A stretch of 63,794 nt of DNA, counting the filler, from Moniliella sp. 'wahieum' (taxonomy: Eukaryota): NCBI GenBank assembly GCA_003971905.1. It is 3 parts of 3 records of this genome, joined end to end, with 100 filler letters (N's around TTAATTAATTAA, not from the genome) between each part and the next. Parts side by side here need not be neighbours in the genome. Positions count along the whole stretch, not along the records: positions 22,268 to 52,475 come from RSEE01000177.1; 2 more parts are not named here. One strand, 5' to 3'. The notes below the pieces were generated by a model that saw only the letters and a program-made list of their open reading frames with translations, searched no databases and had not been told where the DNA came from. Within the stretch, counting starts at the first letter, position 1; each line of letters begins with the position of its first letter. The translations under genes and the position numbers were made by a program. Shown in pieces: positions 38,630 through 51,137 of the stretch.

Positions 38630-40375
38630 CTAGTACTCATACTGTGCAATAAAGGCGGTGGAACTTGCTGAAGCGGTCGACAAACGCATCGGATTCCTTG
38701 GCCAAGAAGGTGGTGCGGAAGAACATGCGCCGGACGAGGTTGGGTCCTTGCCAAACCCCGATCCGGGGATCACACAGATGCCCGTCGCATCCAGCAGGGC
38801 AAAGCAGTAAAACTCATCGGCCTTGCGGCCTGCTGGTCGGCCGCGGCCATCGCTTTGGGCGGCAAGTCGACTTCGGGGAAGAGGTACATGCTGCCCTGGG
38901 CCTCGCCACACTGCATGCGGGCAAGGCATGGAAGGCTTCTTGCATCTTGCGCGATCGGGACTGAAGGGTGTGGAGGATGGTGTCGCGTTCCTTAGCCCAA
39001 AGCGGATACGAAGGTTCTCCTTGCTGCGGTGGCTTGACCAAATGTCCACGCCAATCTGGCCCTGCACAGGCGGGCAGAGAGAGATGGAGGCCATCTTGTA
39101 AATCTCCGCTTGCACAGCGCGGTCAAAGTTGGTCAGTTCCAAAGTACCCGCCCCGCCGGCCGCATTCGCCCGCAAAGCCCTGGAGATGGAGTGGACGAGG
39201 CCAACTCGACTTGGTGGTGCGATGGCGCGCTCGGCCGGGTCAGGAGAAGACGCAAAGTCGAGCAAGACCTTTTGAACGAGACAAAGGGCCGGACAGCGGT
39301 GTAGATGTTGGGTGGTACACTTCGTCGGCAAAGACAACAAGACGCTTTTGGTTAGGCCAAGCGCAGGACATCAGCAATGTTGTCGTACGTATGACGATTC
39401 CCGTCGGGTTGCCCGGGTTTGATCACCACCACCGCCCGCACATCTGTCCCCTTAGCACGAGCCGCATCGATTTCCTGGGCCAGCAGCGGCACATCCAGTC
39501 CCACTCCTTGTCCGGGTTGAGCTGGTACGGACCGGCTCGGCCGAGAGCACACGCAAGGTGGCGCTGTACAGCGGGTACTGTGGGATGGGGATCGCGACGC
39601 CGACCGAGGGCGAGAGACCAGCACCTGGAGAATCAGCTGGATCCCCGCCGATGCGCCCGCGGTGAGGAAAAATATGGTCGGGCGAGGTGAGATGGCCGTC
39701 GCGCTCTGGAGGAAGCCAAGGGGGAAGTCAGCGTCAGCGGCGGCAGGCAGTGGGAGGGCAAGACAAGGCCAGAGAGACCGAGGAGGGGCTACGTACGAGA
39801 AATGTACTCGGCAACGTGGGCGGATGGTGTGGGCGCCCATGGACTGGGAGTAGGCGCCGACGGAGCCAACGTCGGCGAGGATTCCTTGGCGCGTTGGATG
39901 GCGTCGGGGCGGGAAGGGCGGCGGCGGCGGGCTGGTCCAGGAGCGAAGGCAGCTCGGTGAGCGCGGCGACTGGCGCCAAAAGGTAAGTGGCGGCTGAGCG
40001 AGCGCGGGTGCTGGCTGCGGATTGCCAATGTTGCAGTACACGACCGAGTCGAACGGCAGGCCATCGTTGCCGGGCAGGCCGGCGAGGTGGGCCTTGCGCA
40101 GGCGGTCGGCATCATAACGCTGGGGCGCACAGCGAGCTCGCCGCGCACGGCGTAACGGGCCTCGCGCACGGCGGGGTTGATGGTGTCAGGGAGAGGACGG
40201 GGCGGGCGTGCGGGCGGCGGGGGCGGTGGTGGTGGGCATGGGGCCGGGGGCGGTGGCGGTGGTGGGGAAGAAGAAGCGGGGCGGGGGCGCGCTGCCGTTA
40301 ACTAAAAAAGCGCGCCCGGCCCCGGGGTGCTGCAGCCGGAGCCGGAGCGCACACTGGCGCCGTGCGGCCCCGCAT
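38630..40375 (-). CDS. ALT1: Alanine aminotransferase (PLP-dependent, class I/II)
   Basis: YAVRGELAVR, YCNIGNPQ, SVGAYSQSMG, FLTAGASAG, ADEVY, DEFYCFALLDATGICVIPGSGFG. Intron 39706-39796. Start uncertain. Confidence 0.92.
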
Positions 40376-41488
40376 CGGAATGAGACATCCGTGCCCGCTC
40401 AGCGCTGAGGCTCAGCGCTCAGCCAGGCGGGTTACAACGCCCTGCCCGGCCCACGGCCGGCACTGGCCGGCACTGGCCGCCTCCCTGCAGGCGCTGTGCC
40501 CGGCCCGCCCAGAGTGGACTAACGCGCGGTGGGTGATGCGACGCATGATGCTGGTCCGCCGGCAGCAGAAAAGCCAGTCGCCGGCACCAACGAGCCGCCC
40601 CCCAGCCGCCCCCAACCCGCGATCAGCAAGTTCCCATGCCCGCTGGCAAGCGCGCCGGCGCGCGCGGTGCGCTGCTGCGCTTCCCACATCCCGCGGCGGC
40701 CCCGGTGGCACAGGACAGTGGGGCAGGCCAGGACAGGCAGGCAGGCGGGACGAAGCGTGCGTTGCCCATCCCGGCACCAGCCACCAGCCAATGTGGCGGC
40801 CACCAACGCCCACGTAAGCAGCCAGGTCAAGAGCCATGCGCATCCTGAGTGTGAGAGCGGCAAGCGCGTGTGAAGCTTGGAGCTTGGGAAACCTTCCCAC
40901 CCGCCCTATCATGCGTACGCTCGTGCATGCACAGGAGACGGACAGGCGGCCAACGCGATGGGGGTAGCTTGCCAGGCGGGGGGGGGAGCAGCGCGCACAA
41001 GAGATATGGCTGCGGGCGGGGTAGAGCGGCTATGGGAACGAACGGGCCGTGGACGGGGGGCGATAAGGATGAACGGATGCAGTGAAAGGAGAAGCACAGG
41101 AGTGAAAAGTCAGAGAGGCCCAAGGCGTATGGCCGGCAGGAGGAATGGGGAGAGAGGCAGCAGGGCAGCAGCGACGACAACAGATGCAACCATGCCCCCA
41201 AGGCGAGAGGAGAAGGAGGCCGTGGCGGACGGGGTGGAATCGGGGCGGTGGATCAGACAGGGCAGCGGTGGGGGACGGCAGGAGGGGAGGATGCGGAGAA
41301 AGAACACGTGTGGTTCCCACTCGGACGCGGTGGGAGGCGTGCTACTTGTGCTTGGGACGCATTCGTGCGTAAGCCAGCGGAAGCGAACCACTGTGTGCTA
41401 ACCCTAGCCCTGCCGGCCCACGTCGCACACATGCCGTTCAGGCCCCTGCATAGCCATCCTGCTGGGTGCTGGGGGGTCCTGTTGATGC

Positions 41489-41505
41489 TGACGTAACGTC
41501 ACGTG
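41489..41505. promoter_or_regulatory. CRE-like dyad TGACGTAACGTCA overlapping an E-box CACGTG, between divergent ALT1 and LAG1
   Basis: Motif match only. Confidence 0.3.
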
Positions 41506-41904
41506 AACCGATCGAACCGGCGTGGATCCTGTCTGGAGTTGAAAGTTGCACCGGCTGCTGGGCCGACTTGGACGGGTTACGCTGGCCGATGCGGGGGCGG
41601 GAGAGGTGGTGCGGCCGCTGGGCCAAACGCGCCCAGGTTTGATACGCGCCTGTGCTGCGTTCGGGGCCGAGCAGCCGAGCGGATGCGCTCATGCGCCCGT
41701 GTGCGCCAGGGCCTAACCCTACGCGCCAACCCTGGCCAAGGCCGTCTGGCGCGTCCCCCGCGGCAGCGCCAGTGCCCGCCGCGCTGTCCGCGCTGCCCAC
41801 TCGCGCTATTTCGGGCGCGGTGTTTCACCAACCAGAGCCAGCCCGCCAGCCAGCCCATCCCTCCACGGTGTGCCCCCCGCCGCCTGCCTTCCTCCCACAC
41901 AGCC

Positions 41905-43140
41905 ATGCCCTTCCCCGCCACGTCCGACGGCCTGCGCGCCCGGCCACCCCAGCCCTGCGCCACCGGCATGGCCAAGGAGCCTCCCCCTCCCCCTCCCGCT
42001 TCTTCCCCGCCGCGCCCTTCTGGCAGGGAGCAGTCTGTGGCAGGGATGAGTCGCGCGCTGGATGGTCAACACCAAGTCGTCGCTCAAACTGCTCTCGCTG
42101 ATCCTGGGCGCGTGGGCGGTGGTGCAGCTGGCCGCGACGGTCGTTGGGCTTCCCACCCCTCTCATCTGCTCTTCATCTCCTACCCTCTTCCCCTGGCCAC
42201 CGTCTTGGCCAACGAGCCTGCGCTGGCGGCCAAGGTGGCCAGTGGCGAGCTGTCGGAATTGTCTCCCGAGCTGGTGCGGTACGGCAAGGGCTTGTTGGAC
42301 CTGGTGTTTATTGCGTTTTACATTGTCGTGTTTAGCTTTTTGCGGCAAGGGTTGATGTTGTGGGTGTTTAAGCCGTTTGCCGAGCCCTATGCCCAGGGCA
42401 GCATCAAGAAGCAAGAGCGGATTATGGAGCAGTGCTATGCGATTGCGTACTGGGGCTCGTTTGGGCTGATTGGACTGTACGTCATGTCGTTCCAAGAGTC
42501 GTGGTGGTACGACTATAAGCATTTCTGGCTGCGCTACCCTCACTGGTTGATGCGCCCCGAGCTCAAGGTGTACTACCTGTTGCAACTCTCCTACTGGCTG
42601 CAGCAAGCGCTCGTCATGCTGCTCCGGCTCGAGGCGCCGCGGAAAGATTACTACGAGTTGGTGGCGCACCACCTGGTCACTCTCTGGCTCATTGGCTGGA
42701 GCTACGGGATCAACCTGACCATGATTGGGACCACTGTCTTTGTTGCGATGGACATTCCCGACACGTTTTTGGGCACGAGCAAGTTGATGAACTACCTGGA
42801 TGTCAGCCACGTGGTCCAGGGACCCTTTTTCCTCTTCTTTATGGGCATCTGGAGCTACTTCCGCATCTACCTGTCGGCCAAGACACTCTACTCGGTCTAC
42901 ACGGACTTTTGGCTGATCCCCAAGGAAGCCATGGTGTTCCAGCCCTGGACGGGCGCCTGGCTAGCACCCTGGATGCGATGGCAAATCTTTGCCCCGCTCT
43001 TCCTCTTGTTGCTCCTCAACATTTTCTGGTACGTGCTCATCTGGCGCATCCTCATTCGCACCACCCGCGGGGTGTATGAGGACGAGCGGGAAGCCGAAGA
43101 CGAGCCAGCTGGTACCGAGACCGCGCAAAAGTCATCGTAA
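41905..43140 (+). CDS. LAG1: Ceramide synthase (Lag1/Lac1, TLC domain)
   Basis: Lag1 motif RKDYYELVAHHLVTLWLIGWSY..IG..VFVAMDIPD..SK..NY, KGLLDLVFIAFYIV, multiple TM segments. LAG1 vs LAC1 not resolved. Confidence 0.93.
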   Translation: MPFPATSDGLRARPPQPCATGMAKEPPPPPPASSPPRPSGREQSVAGMSRALDGQHQVVAQTALADPGRVGGGAAGRDGRWASHPSHLLFISYPLPLATVLANEPALAAKVASGELSELSPELVRYGKGLLDLVFIAFYIVVFSFLRQGLMLWVFKPFAEPYAQGSIKKQERIMEQCYAIAYWGSFGLIGLYVMSFQESWWYDYKHFWLRYPHWLMRPELKVYYLLQLSYWLQQALVMLLRLEAPRKDYYELVAHHLVTLWLIGWSYGINLTMIGTTVFVAMDIPDTFLGTSKLMNYLDVSHVVQGPFFLFFMGIWSYFRIYLSAKTLYSVYTDFWLIPKEAMVFQPWTGAWLAPWMRWQIFAPLFLLLLLNIFWYVLIWRILIRTTRGVYEDEREAEDEPAGTETAQKSS

Positions 43141-43678
43141 TCTGCGTCTCCTTCGGATTCTTTATGTCGCGCAGCCGCGAGTGGGCTTGGGTTGGGTTGC
43201 CTTCCCCCCCCCGCTCGTGTCTACGCCTCTTCCTATTGCAAGGGATGATGTCATCCCCTCCTCCCCAGGTCATGCATACATTAATGTGATCCCCCGCTCT
43301 CCATTGGCGAGTCCGATCCCGAGCCCGAGCCCAGACAGGTGGATGGCAGACGTGTGGCGCTGCCTGAGGATGTAACCCACCACTCTCGTAGCCTTGTTCA
43401 GTGGGAACGTGAGGGTGCACGGGCGCTTCAGCTTCAGCCTGAGCAGCTGCATCTGATGCGATGAACTCGATGATCTGCACGAATCTGACCAACCAAACCG
43501 CCTGGCCACAAAAAATAAAATAATAAACCCCCGCGCGGAATCCACCAGGCGGAATGGGCGACGGGGCACAAAAAAATTGGGCTGAGACAGGCGCACAGAC
43601 CACAGACCACAGCCAGCCTCGCTTAGGCCGCCGTGGCGGCGTGGCAGAACTCCACCACGTTTGCTTTGCTGCTGTTTC

Positions 43679-46600
43679 ATGTCCCTCGCCTCGCCACCTT
43701 CGCCTTCGCATTCGCCTTCGCCTTCGCCTTCGCCTTCACGATCACCTACGCCTGCTGCTGCTGCTGCTGCATCCGCCTCCGCATCCGCTTCTCACCCCGC
43801 TCCGCCAAGCACCGCGGCCCAGCATGCCGGCCAGCGTAGGAGGAGCCACGACGAGGGAACCGGGGAGGAAGTGTCGCCACTGGCCTGCCTTCCGCCCGAA
43901 GTGCTGCTGCGCATCTTTGTCTGCCTCGACCCGGAGTCGCTGTTGACGGCGGCGCAGGTGTGCCGCGCCTGGGCGGCGTTGGCGTCGGACGAGGGGACGT
44001 GGAAACGCAGCTTTACGCGCTCGCTCGTTGCTGCCGGCGCGATACAGATGCATGTGGGTGGGAGCGTTCCAGGGCTGGGATGGGGATGGGGATGGGGCTG
44101 GGGTCGGACGGAGTGGCGCGCGTGACACCTACGTTCCGTCGGGTGAACCGGATCTCGTTTCGAGGGGAAGCCTTGGCGCGCGCGCGGACGCAACGTCGCT
44201 GGCGCAAGAGCCGCGTCGCGAGCGTTACCACGTCGCCGCGCATGGGCCCACTGAACGACGTGGCGATCGCCTGGGCGCACCGGTTCATGCTCTCGCTCTC
44301 GCTCGTGTATGGGGTGGCGGTACGTTCGGACCCCGTGTCAGGCAAGTTGGCGCGCGGGCTGTTGCAGGCGCAGCCGCCGCCCGGGCCGGGCTCGTGCCGG
44401 GCCACGTGGCAAGGCCGCTGCAGCCCAACGCGGCGGTGATTGCCGAAGGCGGCGATGGCGACGGGAGGAACGCGTCGTATGTGACCCAAGTGGCTGCCGA
44501 TGCGGATGGGAGCCGGATCGTGTGGGGCCTGGCGAACGGGATGGTGCGCGTGACGTCCTTGACGCGCCAAGGCTCCCATCCACGCGGCTTGATCCGGACC
44601 ATGTCCGCGCCGCATCGGCCGCACGACGGTGCAGTCACCGCGCTCTCCCTGCCACTCTCGTTGGGGCACAAGACGGTGCGCGCCGGGGCGTATGGTCCGC
44701 GCTCGGCAGAAGCGCGCTCGGCATTCTTGGCCCGCACCGGCTCGGCCGGCTTGGCGTTCGCTTCGGGCGCACAGGATGGTTCGGTGCGTCTGTGGGGGTG
44801 GAGCGAGTATCGACCACAGCTTCTCTGGGCTGGCTCGGTGCCGCAGCTGTTGGTCCAAGCTCACCGCTCGGCTCGTCCGGTGCCTGGGCACGAAGAAAGT
44901 GAGACGAATACCGAGGCCGATACCGATACCGAGGGCGAGGCCGGGCCGAGGTGGGGCCTGGTGATGCGCGTGCGACCGAACGGTTCTTGTCCCAGTCGCA
45001 TTCGATTGAGCGCTGGACTTTGATCCGGCCGCCGGCGCTATGGGCGCAGCCACGTCGTTGGGCGTGGTGGTGCTGTGGTGGGGGTTCCAGCTGCCTGGCG
45101 CACCCTCCCTGCCTGAGGGAGACAGCGCCGTCGAGCCGGCGCACACGGTCCTCCTCCACCCTCCTAGGGGCATGCCGGCCCGGTCGCCCGTCTGGCCATC
45201 GACGCCTCGGCCGACACGCCCGAGCGGATTGGCGCGCTGGTGCAATTCGAGGGTGACACAGGCTTTTTACCGGATCGAGGTCCGTGTGCCGCCGAGCGCG
45301 TCCGCGCCCGCGACCGCGGCTGCCGCTGATCGACCTCGGCCGACCGACCTGGCTGGTTCGGCACGCTGGCCCACTGGTGGTGGTGGAGGACGGGAGCACG
45401 TCGAGATCCGTTGGTGGCGCTATAGCGCCACTTGCTCGCCCTTTGCCACGCTCAAGAGTGGGGTGGACGTATCGGGGGCGCTGAGCTGTGTGCGGGCGGA
45501 CTTTGACGTGCGTGCGTCGCCTTCTCCTGCGCTGCGAGCGGGGGTGGGGGGGGTGACATTGGCCAAGGCGGTGGGGCGGGCGGGTGACGACGCCGCTCGG
45601 ACAGATGGGCATTTGGTCCTGCCCGAACGACGACGGGATATGTTTGCGGAGCAAAAGTATGTTGTGGCCGGCACGGAGCGGGGCGCGTTGCTCGTCTTTT
45701 CCTGGGACGCAGCCGAGGTGCACACGCCCAGCCCGCGCGACATGCACGCGTACGCGGCGCAGGAGTTGGATTCCTGGTCGCCCGCGGCCGTTGGCTCGGT
45801 CCGCCGCTCAGTCGACGGCGTAGAAGCGCAAGTGTGGGGAGGGCAGTACGAAGCGACGTTTGCCCTTCCCGTTTCACCCGCTTGCGCAACCAGTTCCACC
45901 TCGCTTCCTTTTCGCCTTCCCTTGCGGCGCGTCCGCCCTCGCCCTCGCCTTCCTCGGCCTCGACCTCATCGCTCTTGGGCCTCGAGGAGTCGGACACGAC
46001 CCCGGACCCGACCCCGGACCAGGCACCGGCCCAGACTGCTGCGCAAGCAACCAGGACGGGCGAGCCGGATGCTGTCACGTCGATCGACGTGAGCGGGTAC
46101 ATGTTGGCGGCCGGCACGGCGGACGGGATGATTCGGGTGTACGATGCGCTGTCGGGGGGCTGGTGCATACGCTTGCCGATCGTGCGGCGGGGCGGTCGGC
46201 ACGCGGGGTGCTGAGTCGGTGGGCATTTGCCTCGCGGTTCGAGGTGAAACAGATCCTGCTTTCGGAGGTGGACTTGGCGGCAGTGGTGGGCCACCAAGTG
46301 CTCACCTGGCGCCCGGAGAGTGTGGCTGGGAAAAGCAAGCCAGCCGGTAAGGGAACCAAACGGTCTCGCCCGCTCCCGCGCGTACCGGGCGACGAGGTGG
46401 ACGCGTATGCCCCCCTCGGTCCGGAGCAGGCCGCGCGCGCACAGCGCCAAGCTGCCGCGCAGCGCCGCTGGGGCACGCAGGAGGAAGCGTGGGAGGAGTG
46501 GCCCGCGTCGGACGGGGCGCGGCTGGACATGGACTTGGGGGAGGAAGAGGCGTTGGCATACGCTCTTTTGCTCAGTAAGGAAGATGCGCAACAGGCTTCG

Positions 46601-47195
46601 GTGGCTGTGCCAGACGGAGGCGGGTCGGGGTCGGGGGTGGGGCTACCGTCGGAGGTTGGCGAGGACGACGATGAGGCGTTTGCACGGGAACTGGAGCGGG
46701 CCATGCATCTCTCTTCGAACCCCGAGCCTGCCCCGGGCTCGTTGGGCGGTCCGCCGCAGACGGAAGAGGAGGAGCTGGCTGCGGCGCTGCAAGCTGTCGC
46801 GGCGCTCGAAGCGCAAGAGAAGGGCAAAGCGCCGCTTGTGTCCGGGGGGATGCGGTGGAGCGCGTGGCGGAGCAGGCGGCCGAGACGACGGCCGAGACGA
46901 CGGCGGAGATGACGGCCGAGACGACGGCCGAACAGGCGATGGACGAGGACGAAGGGTACGGCGGGGAGCGGGAGCGTCGGCTGGCGGACCTGGCGGCGTT
47001 CCCTGTGCTGCAGGGCTCGCGGCAGGGGCGCAGCAAGCGCAAGCAGCGCGGCAAGCAGCGTGCGGCGGTGTGCGCGACGCGCAGCCTGCGGCGCAGCTGG
47101 CTGCCGCGCGGGCAGCGGCGGCGGAGATGGGGCTGGAGTGGGACGCGATGGAGGAGGAGCTGCGCTTGGCCATCTGCCAGTCGGTGGCGCTGTGA
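43679..47195 (+). CDS. F-box / WD40-like / UIM-repeat protein
   Basis: F-box LACLPPEVLLRIFVCLDPESLLTAAQVCRAW..W. WD-like FASGAQDGSVRLWG and LAAGTADGMIRVYD. UIM-like EEEALAYALLLS and EEELRLAICQS. Confidence 0.8.
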
Positions 47196-47388
47196 GCGCG
47201 ATAATCGATGAGGAGTAACGTGCGGGGTATACTATACGCCCAGCTGTGACAGCTGTGACATGTGGTGTGTGGTGTGTGATGGGCGGGTGGTAGTGTGACG
47301 TGATGAGAGCGCAGAGTGGCGTCGAGTGGGTTAGATCTTAGACCTAGACCTTGGATCTTACACCCCACCGCCTTGGCCTGTGCGCAGC

Positions 47389-48113
47389 ATGGTGTGTCCC
47401 CCTCCGCCCCTGCGCCGCTGGCAGCTAACCCCCTGCCCCCCCCTCAGCCCACCATCACCCTCACCTTCTCCCTGCCCGGCCCCACGCCGCCGCGCGCGCA
47501 GACCGAGGCCGACGGCGCATGGGCGTACGTGTCCGGGTACGTGCTGCACCCGTCGCGCGACGCTTGCCACCTGCCGCACCTGCGCAACCAGCTGGCGCAC
47601 GCCATGCCCGCCCGCTGCATCGCCTACGTGCTGGGCGTCAAGCCTGTGCCGCGCCCTCCGCCTCGGCATTTAGCATGCGCAAGGCGCTGCCCAAGCCGGA
47701 CGACGGCGCGTTCTATGCGATCCTGCCGCCGCCGTGGCGCGTCCGTCAGCGCAGACAGAGGACGCAGCGACGCGCGCTGCCTACCCGCACATGGAGGCGC
47801 AGGGCCAATGGGCCTATGTGTCGGGGTACGTGCTGTACCCTCCTCCGTGCGACGACGCGCTCTGCCGCCCGACCTGCCCGAGCTGCGGAACCAACTGGCG
47901 CACGCTATGCCCGCCAGCGCGCTGGCGTACGTGTTGGGCGTCAAGCCTGTGCCGCGGCCCAAGACGTCGTGCTTTTCCTGGCGCAAGGCACTGCCCAAGG
48001 AGGAGGACGAAGCGTTCTATGCCATCCTGCCTCCGCCCTGGGTCGTCCAGCCCGCCGCACCAGAACAGCCTGGCCACGCTTGCGTCACCTTCCAAGACCT
48101 CGGTAACCGGTAA
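47389..48113 (+). CDS. Orphan protein made of two tandem ~80-aa homologous domains
   Basis: WAYVSGYVL.P..LP.LRNQLAHAMPA..AYVLGVKPVPRP..RKALPK..FYAILPPPW occurs at 47501-47737 and 47791-48041, with many synonymous differences. Confidence 0.65.
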
Positions 48114-48898
48114 CCGGTAACCCCTGGACCCTGCCGCCCTGTCGCTGTGTCTCCGACGTCCCCACTCGCCTCTTTTTTTTCCCCTTCCTCTTTGCGTCCC
48201 GTCATCATGCCCTTTTCTCGGTTTTTCATCCCCCATTCGCCCAGTCGCGGTCCCTGCTGTGAGAGCGCCAGGCGGGTGCGCTGCCCCAGCCCTCGGACCT
48301 CCACGCACCCTCTTCGGTCCGCATCTGTTTCTTCCGCCTATCCCATCTGCATCTGTGCTTCCGGCGGGGATCTTGGCCCGCCACCGTGCATGCCCGTTCG
48401 GCCGGCCGGGCCAGGATGAGCCTCAGCGCCCAGCCCTCTGACAGTACGATCGCATTCGCATACGCATACGCACACACACCTCCACTCCGTTTTTTTCATT
48501 TTCCTTTTTCCAGATGCTTTAAGCTTTGCCAGGACTAGACTGCTACCTTGTGTACCCCATATTCAGTTTGTTGGGTACAGAGTGATACGTTGGGTTATTA
48601 GCAGGGTGCTTTGGGATGGCATCGCCCCGCCGCGAGCTTACTCTCGTTCGGCCACCGCGTGTCTGGCATGGCCCGACGGCTGGCATCCACATCCAGACTA
48701 CGGACTGGTGCGTACTAGAAACTTGAAGGGTAAAGCGTGAAGCCAACCATAGCATCCTGAGGCCTTATGCATTACGGATTTAAAGATTACGCTGGCCCAC
48801 CTCCGTTCTACCCGTCTACCGCGCTGCAAGGCATGAGCATGCCCACCGAACATAACGAGCAGCGGGGGGTAGGACTCGGCACGGCCTCGGCACGGCGC

Positions 48899-50531
48899 TT
48901 AGCCGCGCGGGGGTCCATCGGTGGTCGGGCATCCCGCGCCCACTCGTCCCGCGCGACGCGGGCCGCGGCGAAGCGGTGCGGTCAGTAACGCGGTGCAGGA
49001 GGCTACGACCGGCGGGACTGAGGGCCAAGCGCGGGTGCGGGTGCGAGGCGAGGGCGAGGGCCCATGCGCGTGCGCGTGCGATCGTAACGAACGCAGCGCC
49101 GAGGATGAGGATGAGGATAAGGTGCGAGGTGCAGCGGAGCGTCGGGTGGTCCGGTGGAGTAAGCGGTTGGCCAGCTCTTCTCGCCGGGACGGTGGGGGCG
49201 GGACGAAGCCGAGTGAAGCGGGTGCGGTAGGAGGAGGAGGAGTAGAGGTAGGGAGTTGGTGTGTGGACCAGGCCAGAAGTTGGTCCAGGCGGGTGGACGC
49301 GTACGCGCCCGGTTCCGGCTCTGGCAGCGGCGAGAGAAAAGGGTAGCGTGTGCTTGGGGTTGGGCTGGCAGCGTCGGAGCGCGCCAGGGGGTCGTGTCGG
49401 AAAAGTTCGGTTCGGGGCGTGATGGAGAGCGGGGTCAAGTTCAGCACGGAACCCGTGTCGAGCTCATGGTCGTCCGGTACCTCGGGTGGCGCAAGACGCG
49501 TGTTGGCCTTGACGATTGAAGGTACCGGGCCCAAGAAGAAGAAGAAGAAGAGGTCGAGGCGGACGAAGGAGGTAGGCCTGGCGGGGCATACATAACGTAT
49601 TTCGCGCGGTAAAGGGCCACGAGGCGGGTGTCGTCCGCTCCGCAGCCGGATCCGCTGGATGGACACAGTCTTGGACGAGTCTGCAGCGGCTGGGGGCTGG
49701 GGCTGGGACGGGGGGGGACGGGGCTCGTACCACGTCGTGACATTCCTCTGCGGAAGAAGATGAACCATTATCGATCAGCTGGGGAGATTTGCTCGCGGGC
49801 AACGCAAGACGCCTTGCCTTGCGCACCGCTTCTTGCCCCTCCTCGCGAGCGGCCAAGAACTTGCGTTTTGCCTGTGCTCCTCGACAAAGGCCCATGCGTA
49901 CTTGTGCCGCCGTTGCTCGTTGGCACGCTGCATCAGGTCGGAAAAACTAGCTTATCAACCGACGTGAAGCGGCGGACGAATTGGTCGAGGGTAAGCGAGT
50001 TGAGCTGGGCAGAGGATAAGGGAGTAACTTGTTCTCCCCCCAACCGCGGCTCCCCTTGCTCCGCCTCCTTTGCCCCCGCCTCCTCCAGCTCCGCCTCCCG
50101 CTCCTCCCCTCAGGAAGGGGAGTATCTTCCTCGGAGGCAACTGTGCCCATGCCCGCTGCAGGGGCAAGGGCGCCTTGGGTGTGGCGCCCAGGTCCCACTC
50201 GGACGGGGTGGCAGAGCGCAGCGCGGCCGGCGCGACGGCGGGTGGGGGTCGGGGGGATGCGTCCCGCTGCTTTGCCTGGACGAGACGCTGAGAGCAAGCT
50301 GGAGGCAGCCGGGTCGCCCGTAGCGACGCTGTCCAGGTACGCGTTCTCGGCAGCGAGGCGGCGGAGGTCGGGGAAGTAGCTGCTCTCCACCAGCGCGGTC
50401 ATGGCGGACGTATACGCCTTCTGCCGAGGACGAGCGCGCCCGAGGCGCTCACGGAGGCAGGGGGGCGAGCGGACGTGCACGGCGCCTGGGCAGCAGGCAG
50501 CGGCGTGCGGATGGCCACCTTGGCGCTCCAT
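48899..50531 (-). CDS. ESS2: Splicing factor ESS-2/DGCR14 (Es2/Bis1 family)
   Basis: AYTSAMTALVESSYFPDLRRL, LDQFVRRFTSVD..F, KYAWAF, SWPFTARNTL, PPPPSRREELANRL. Confidence 0.85.
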
Positions 50532-51137
50532 GGCGGGGAGGTAAGGCGATGTCGAGGCGAGGCGAGATGGTGGTGGCGAGTGCAGTACTTGAAAGCTTAC
50601 CTGCTCTCATGATCGATGATCACCAATCATTAATTTAATCACCGGCCACTTGTGGTTTGGTTTTCAACTTTAACATTCACAGGGGGGTGGTTAAGCGCTT
50701 AGGCTCAGTCGTCCTCAGCCACCTGCTATCCATCCAGGCGCCACACCAAAAACGCACGTCGGGCGAGCGTCTCATCCCGCAGACGGCGGAGGGCGTGGGA
50801 CCGTCGCGGTACGACCGCAGAGCCAATACCAAGCGAGGCAATCGGTAGCCAGCGCCACTGCACTGGTTGGCGTCGCAGGGGACTACAATGCCAACAATTT
50901 TTTGGGCGCGGCAGGGGGGGGGGCAAGTAAGCTGGGTAGGATGGGATCAGGCCTCAGGTGCGCAGAGCGCGCCGAGCAAACATTACTCATTACTCATTAC
51001 TCATTAACTACTAGTTCAGGTGGCAGCGTCACATGTCACAAGAGAGACAAGTAGGACAGGGGACAAGAGATATGGAGCCAAAACAGAAAAGAGTCCCAGA
51101 TGGTACGGTGGGTAGCAGGGTGGGGGCTGGGAGGGGG

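Noticed and set aside
17644..43140. Lipid gene cluster (HMG1 plus ceramide synthase)
   Set aside because: Separated by an assembly spacer and unrelated genes.
43700..47400. Long antisense and alternative-frame ORFs
   Set aside because: Shadow ORFs caused by high GC over a real + strand gene; the same applies elsewhere in the window.
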